A DNA stretch of 62,975 nt, filler included, from Octopus bimaculoides (taxonomy: Eukaryota): the NCBI RefSeq assembly GCF_001194135.2. It is 5 parts of 4 records of this genome, joined end to end, with 100 filler letters (N's around TTAATTAATTAA, not from the genome) between each part and the next. Parts side by side here need not be neighbours in the genome. Positions count along the whole stretch, not along the records: positions 56,875 to 60,687 come from NC_069006.1; positions 60,788 to 62,975 come from NC_068986.1; 3 more parts are not named here. The stretch is one strand, 5' to 3'. The notes beneath the pieces are model-generated. The model worked only from the letters and a program-made list of their open reading frames with translations. It did no database searches and was not told the DNA's origin. A program made the translations under genes and the position numbers. Shown here piece by piece: positions 60,684-62,975 of this stretch (its first letter is position 1; each line of letters starts with the position of its first letter).

Positions 60684-61289
60684 TCTCNNNNNNNNNNNNN
60701 NNNNNNNNNNNNNNNNNNNNNNNNNNNNNNNTTAATTAATTAANNNNNNNNNNNNNNNNNNNNNNNNNNNNNNNNNNNNNNNNNNNNTATATATATATGT
60801 ATGTGTGTGTATGTGTGTGTGTGTGTATATATATACACACACACACACACTCATACATCTGTGCATGTTCTTACGCCCATACATACATAAGATTCAACGA
60901 ATAACTGAAGGCGTACTTGGATGTGTGATTAAATCTCATTGTAGAATTTTCGAGATTCGGGAGTAGGAAAAACGCGTAATCAATCAAGGAGTTTACGGCT
61001 ACTAACTATCATTGGGACAATGAAAATATGCAAGACATTAAAAAGGTTGCCATGTGATATGTGCAAACAAAAATGCATACAGACGTTTGCACATATGAAA
61101 AGCCATACATACCTGCAGCAGTCAATACGTCTGTCTATGCATATATAAATACATGTATGAACACTTACTCAAATAGATAGATACATACATACTTACAAAC
61201 TATTTTGTCTTTTAAATTTTATTTGTTCAGTTAGAATGTAGCCATGCTGGGGCAGTGCCTTGAAAAATCTTCATTTTGAAATAAAACTG

Positions 61290-61657
61290 AACAAGAGCAC
61301 TCAGAGAGCGTAAACCTCGGCCGAGGCAACACCAATGTCCTCTCAACGATTAGCCGGAGATGATTTTTAAAATGCGAATATCTGAAATAAACCCAACTGC
61401 TCTCACAAACGAGAATACTAAAAATGAACCCGACCGCTCTCAAAAATTAAGTACCGGAGAAAAAAAGCCTGGATCCTTGTCCAGTACCAGATCTAACACA
61501 AAATCTAATCAATTCGTGCCAGACACGAGGCTAAACATGCCTGAATATTTTATCCGAATCCATCCAACGGTTTTTGAGATATGTTGTCTACGAACAAACA
61601 AACAAACAAACATGACTTAAAACAATATCTCCGTCTTAGCGAAGGCGGAAGTAATAA

Positions 61658-61658
<1 letters not shown>
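61290..61658 (-). mobile_element. HINE/DINE-1-like non-autonomous Helentron-type element
   Basis: Minus strand begins ttattacttccgccttcgctaagacgg (hairpin), has an internal (GTTT)n tract, and ends cctcggccgaggtttacgctctctgagtgctcttgtt, the subterminal-IR/stem-loop layout of HINEs. Confidence 0.55.
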
Positions 61659-61688
<30 letters not shown>

Positions 61689-61777
61689 CATACATACATA
61701 CACATCCAAATGCCTGGTTGTTATTGTATCTGAGCCGAGTGTTTGCATCTGCATCTATATGTTGTTATTTTAATCTT

Positions 61778-61998
61778 TTACTTGTTTCAGTCATTGAACT
61801 GCGGCCATGCTGGAGCAACGCCTGTAGTCGAGCAAATCGACCCCAGGATTATTCTTTGTAATCGGTGTCTTTTGTCGAACCTCTAAGTTACAGGGATGTA
61901 AACACAGCAATCATCGGTTGTCAAGCGGTGTGGGGACGAAGACAGACACCCACACAATTACATACACACACACACACCCACACACACACACACACACC

Positions 61999-62030
<32 letters not shown>

Positions 62031-62182
62031 CGATGGGCTTCTTTCAGTTTCTGTCTACCAAATCCACTCACAAGGTTTTGGTCGGCCCGAGGCTATAGTA
62101 GAAGACACATGCCCAAGGTGCCACGCAGTGGGACTGAACCCAGAACCATGTGGTTGGGAAGCAGGCTTATTACCACACAGTC
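61778..62182 (-). mobile_element. SINE family B, full-length
   Basis: Reverse complement of 50054-50445, including the internal microsatellite. Confidence 0.85.
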
Positions 62183-62759
62183 ACTTCTATATGTGCGTAA
62201 TTTCTTTACACAAATTCTGGGCCGTATTCATATGCATACCTTATTTCTTTCTCTTTCTCTTTCTCTCTCTCACTCACTCAGTTCTTCTCTCTTTCACTCT
62301 CTTTCACTCTCTTTCAGTTTCGTTATTTCCCTACGATATCTCACATCTATGAACGCGCTCACACAGACACACACATACAGAACCACGCACCGCACACACA
62401 ACCAAGCAAATACAAGCACATTCTCACACCCCCCTTTCGTACCCGACAAGTTTTCCCTTCATGAACGATTGCTGCTTTGTCTCTTTCCTTCTTTCATCGC
62501 TCTCTTGCCTCCTCTCCCTTTCACTTCCACTTCAATTGACGTCTCGCAATTCCTTTCAAACCGTCTTAGCCGCCATCTTTCGTCCTTCCAATTTCCCCAT
62601 ATCTATCATTCAATCACGATTCTTTCTCTCCAGTTATGCTTCTGTCTGCATGTCAGTATGTCAATATACCTCGAACATTTTGTTTTTGTGTTTCCGACAT
62701 TTGCTCTACACATCTTTCTCACTTTTCTGATGTAACCTCTCTTCTATACTCTCCCTCTC

Positions 62760-62833
62760 TCTCTCTCATTCTCCCCCTCTCTCTTTGTCTGTCTATATAT
62801 GAATGAATGTATGTATGTATGTATGTATGAATG

Positions 62834-62867
<34 letters not shown>

Positions 62868-62914
62868 TCTATCTGTCTATCCATCCATCCATCCATCCAT
62901 CCATCCATCCATCC

Positions 62915-62974
<60 letters not shown>

Positions 62975-62975
62975 G
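62760..62975. repeat. Compound (CT)/(TATG)/(ATCC)/(TATC) microsatellite
   Basis: Direct reading. Confidence 0.9.

Noticed and set aside
1-62975. CRISPR arrays, rRNA or prokaryotic operons
   Set aside because: None seen; spliceosomal introns and SINEs show that this is eukaryotic DNA.

Overview
AT-rich, repeat-dense metazoan DNA with many N gaps next to microsatellites. The SINE families, microsatellites and gene types suggest an octopus (coleoid cephalopod) draft scaffold; this is an inference. Supported host genes: (1) a single-exon 7TM rhodopsin-class GPCR of the myosuppressin/sex-peptide/DMSR-like group at 809-1861 (+); (2) a secreted S1A serine protease with five identifiable exons at 42240-48468 (+), with the catalytic His/Asp/Ser intact but one internal exon not visible; (3) two orphan exon candidates at 26403-26488 and 30819-30908. 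The rest is mostly mobile DNA: a near full-length decayed Tx1/L1-like LINE, two CR1-type RT copies, Naiad-type Penelope-like elements, mariner and maT (DD37D) transposon remnants, three tRNA-derived SINE families, a (TAA)n-tailed repeat and a HINE/Helentron-like element. The most notable observation, read by eye, is a set of type I hammerhead ribozyme (HHR) motifs from three sequence-unrelated families. They share a long 37-58 nt insert in helix II and a short, usually palindromic helix III. Two families occur as local back-to-back inverted duplications (31.3-31.7 kb and 44.7-45.75 kb), placing one ribozyme on each strand; the third forms dispersed inverted copies at 16.9-20.4 kb. One sense-strand HHR with a canonical GUC site lies inside an intron of the protease gene. 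No computation or database search was run.
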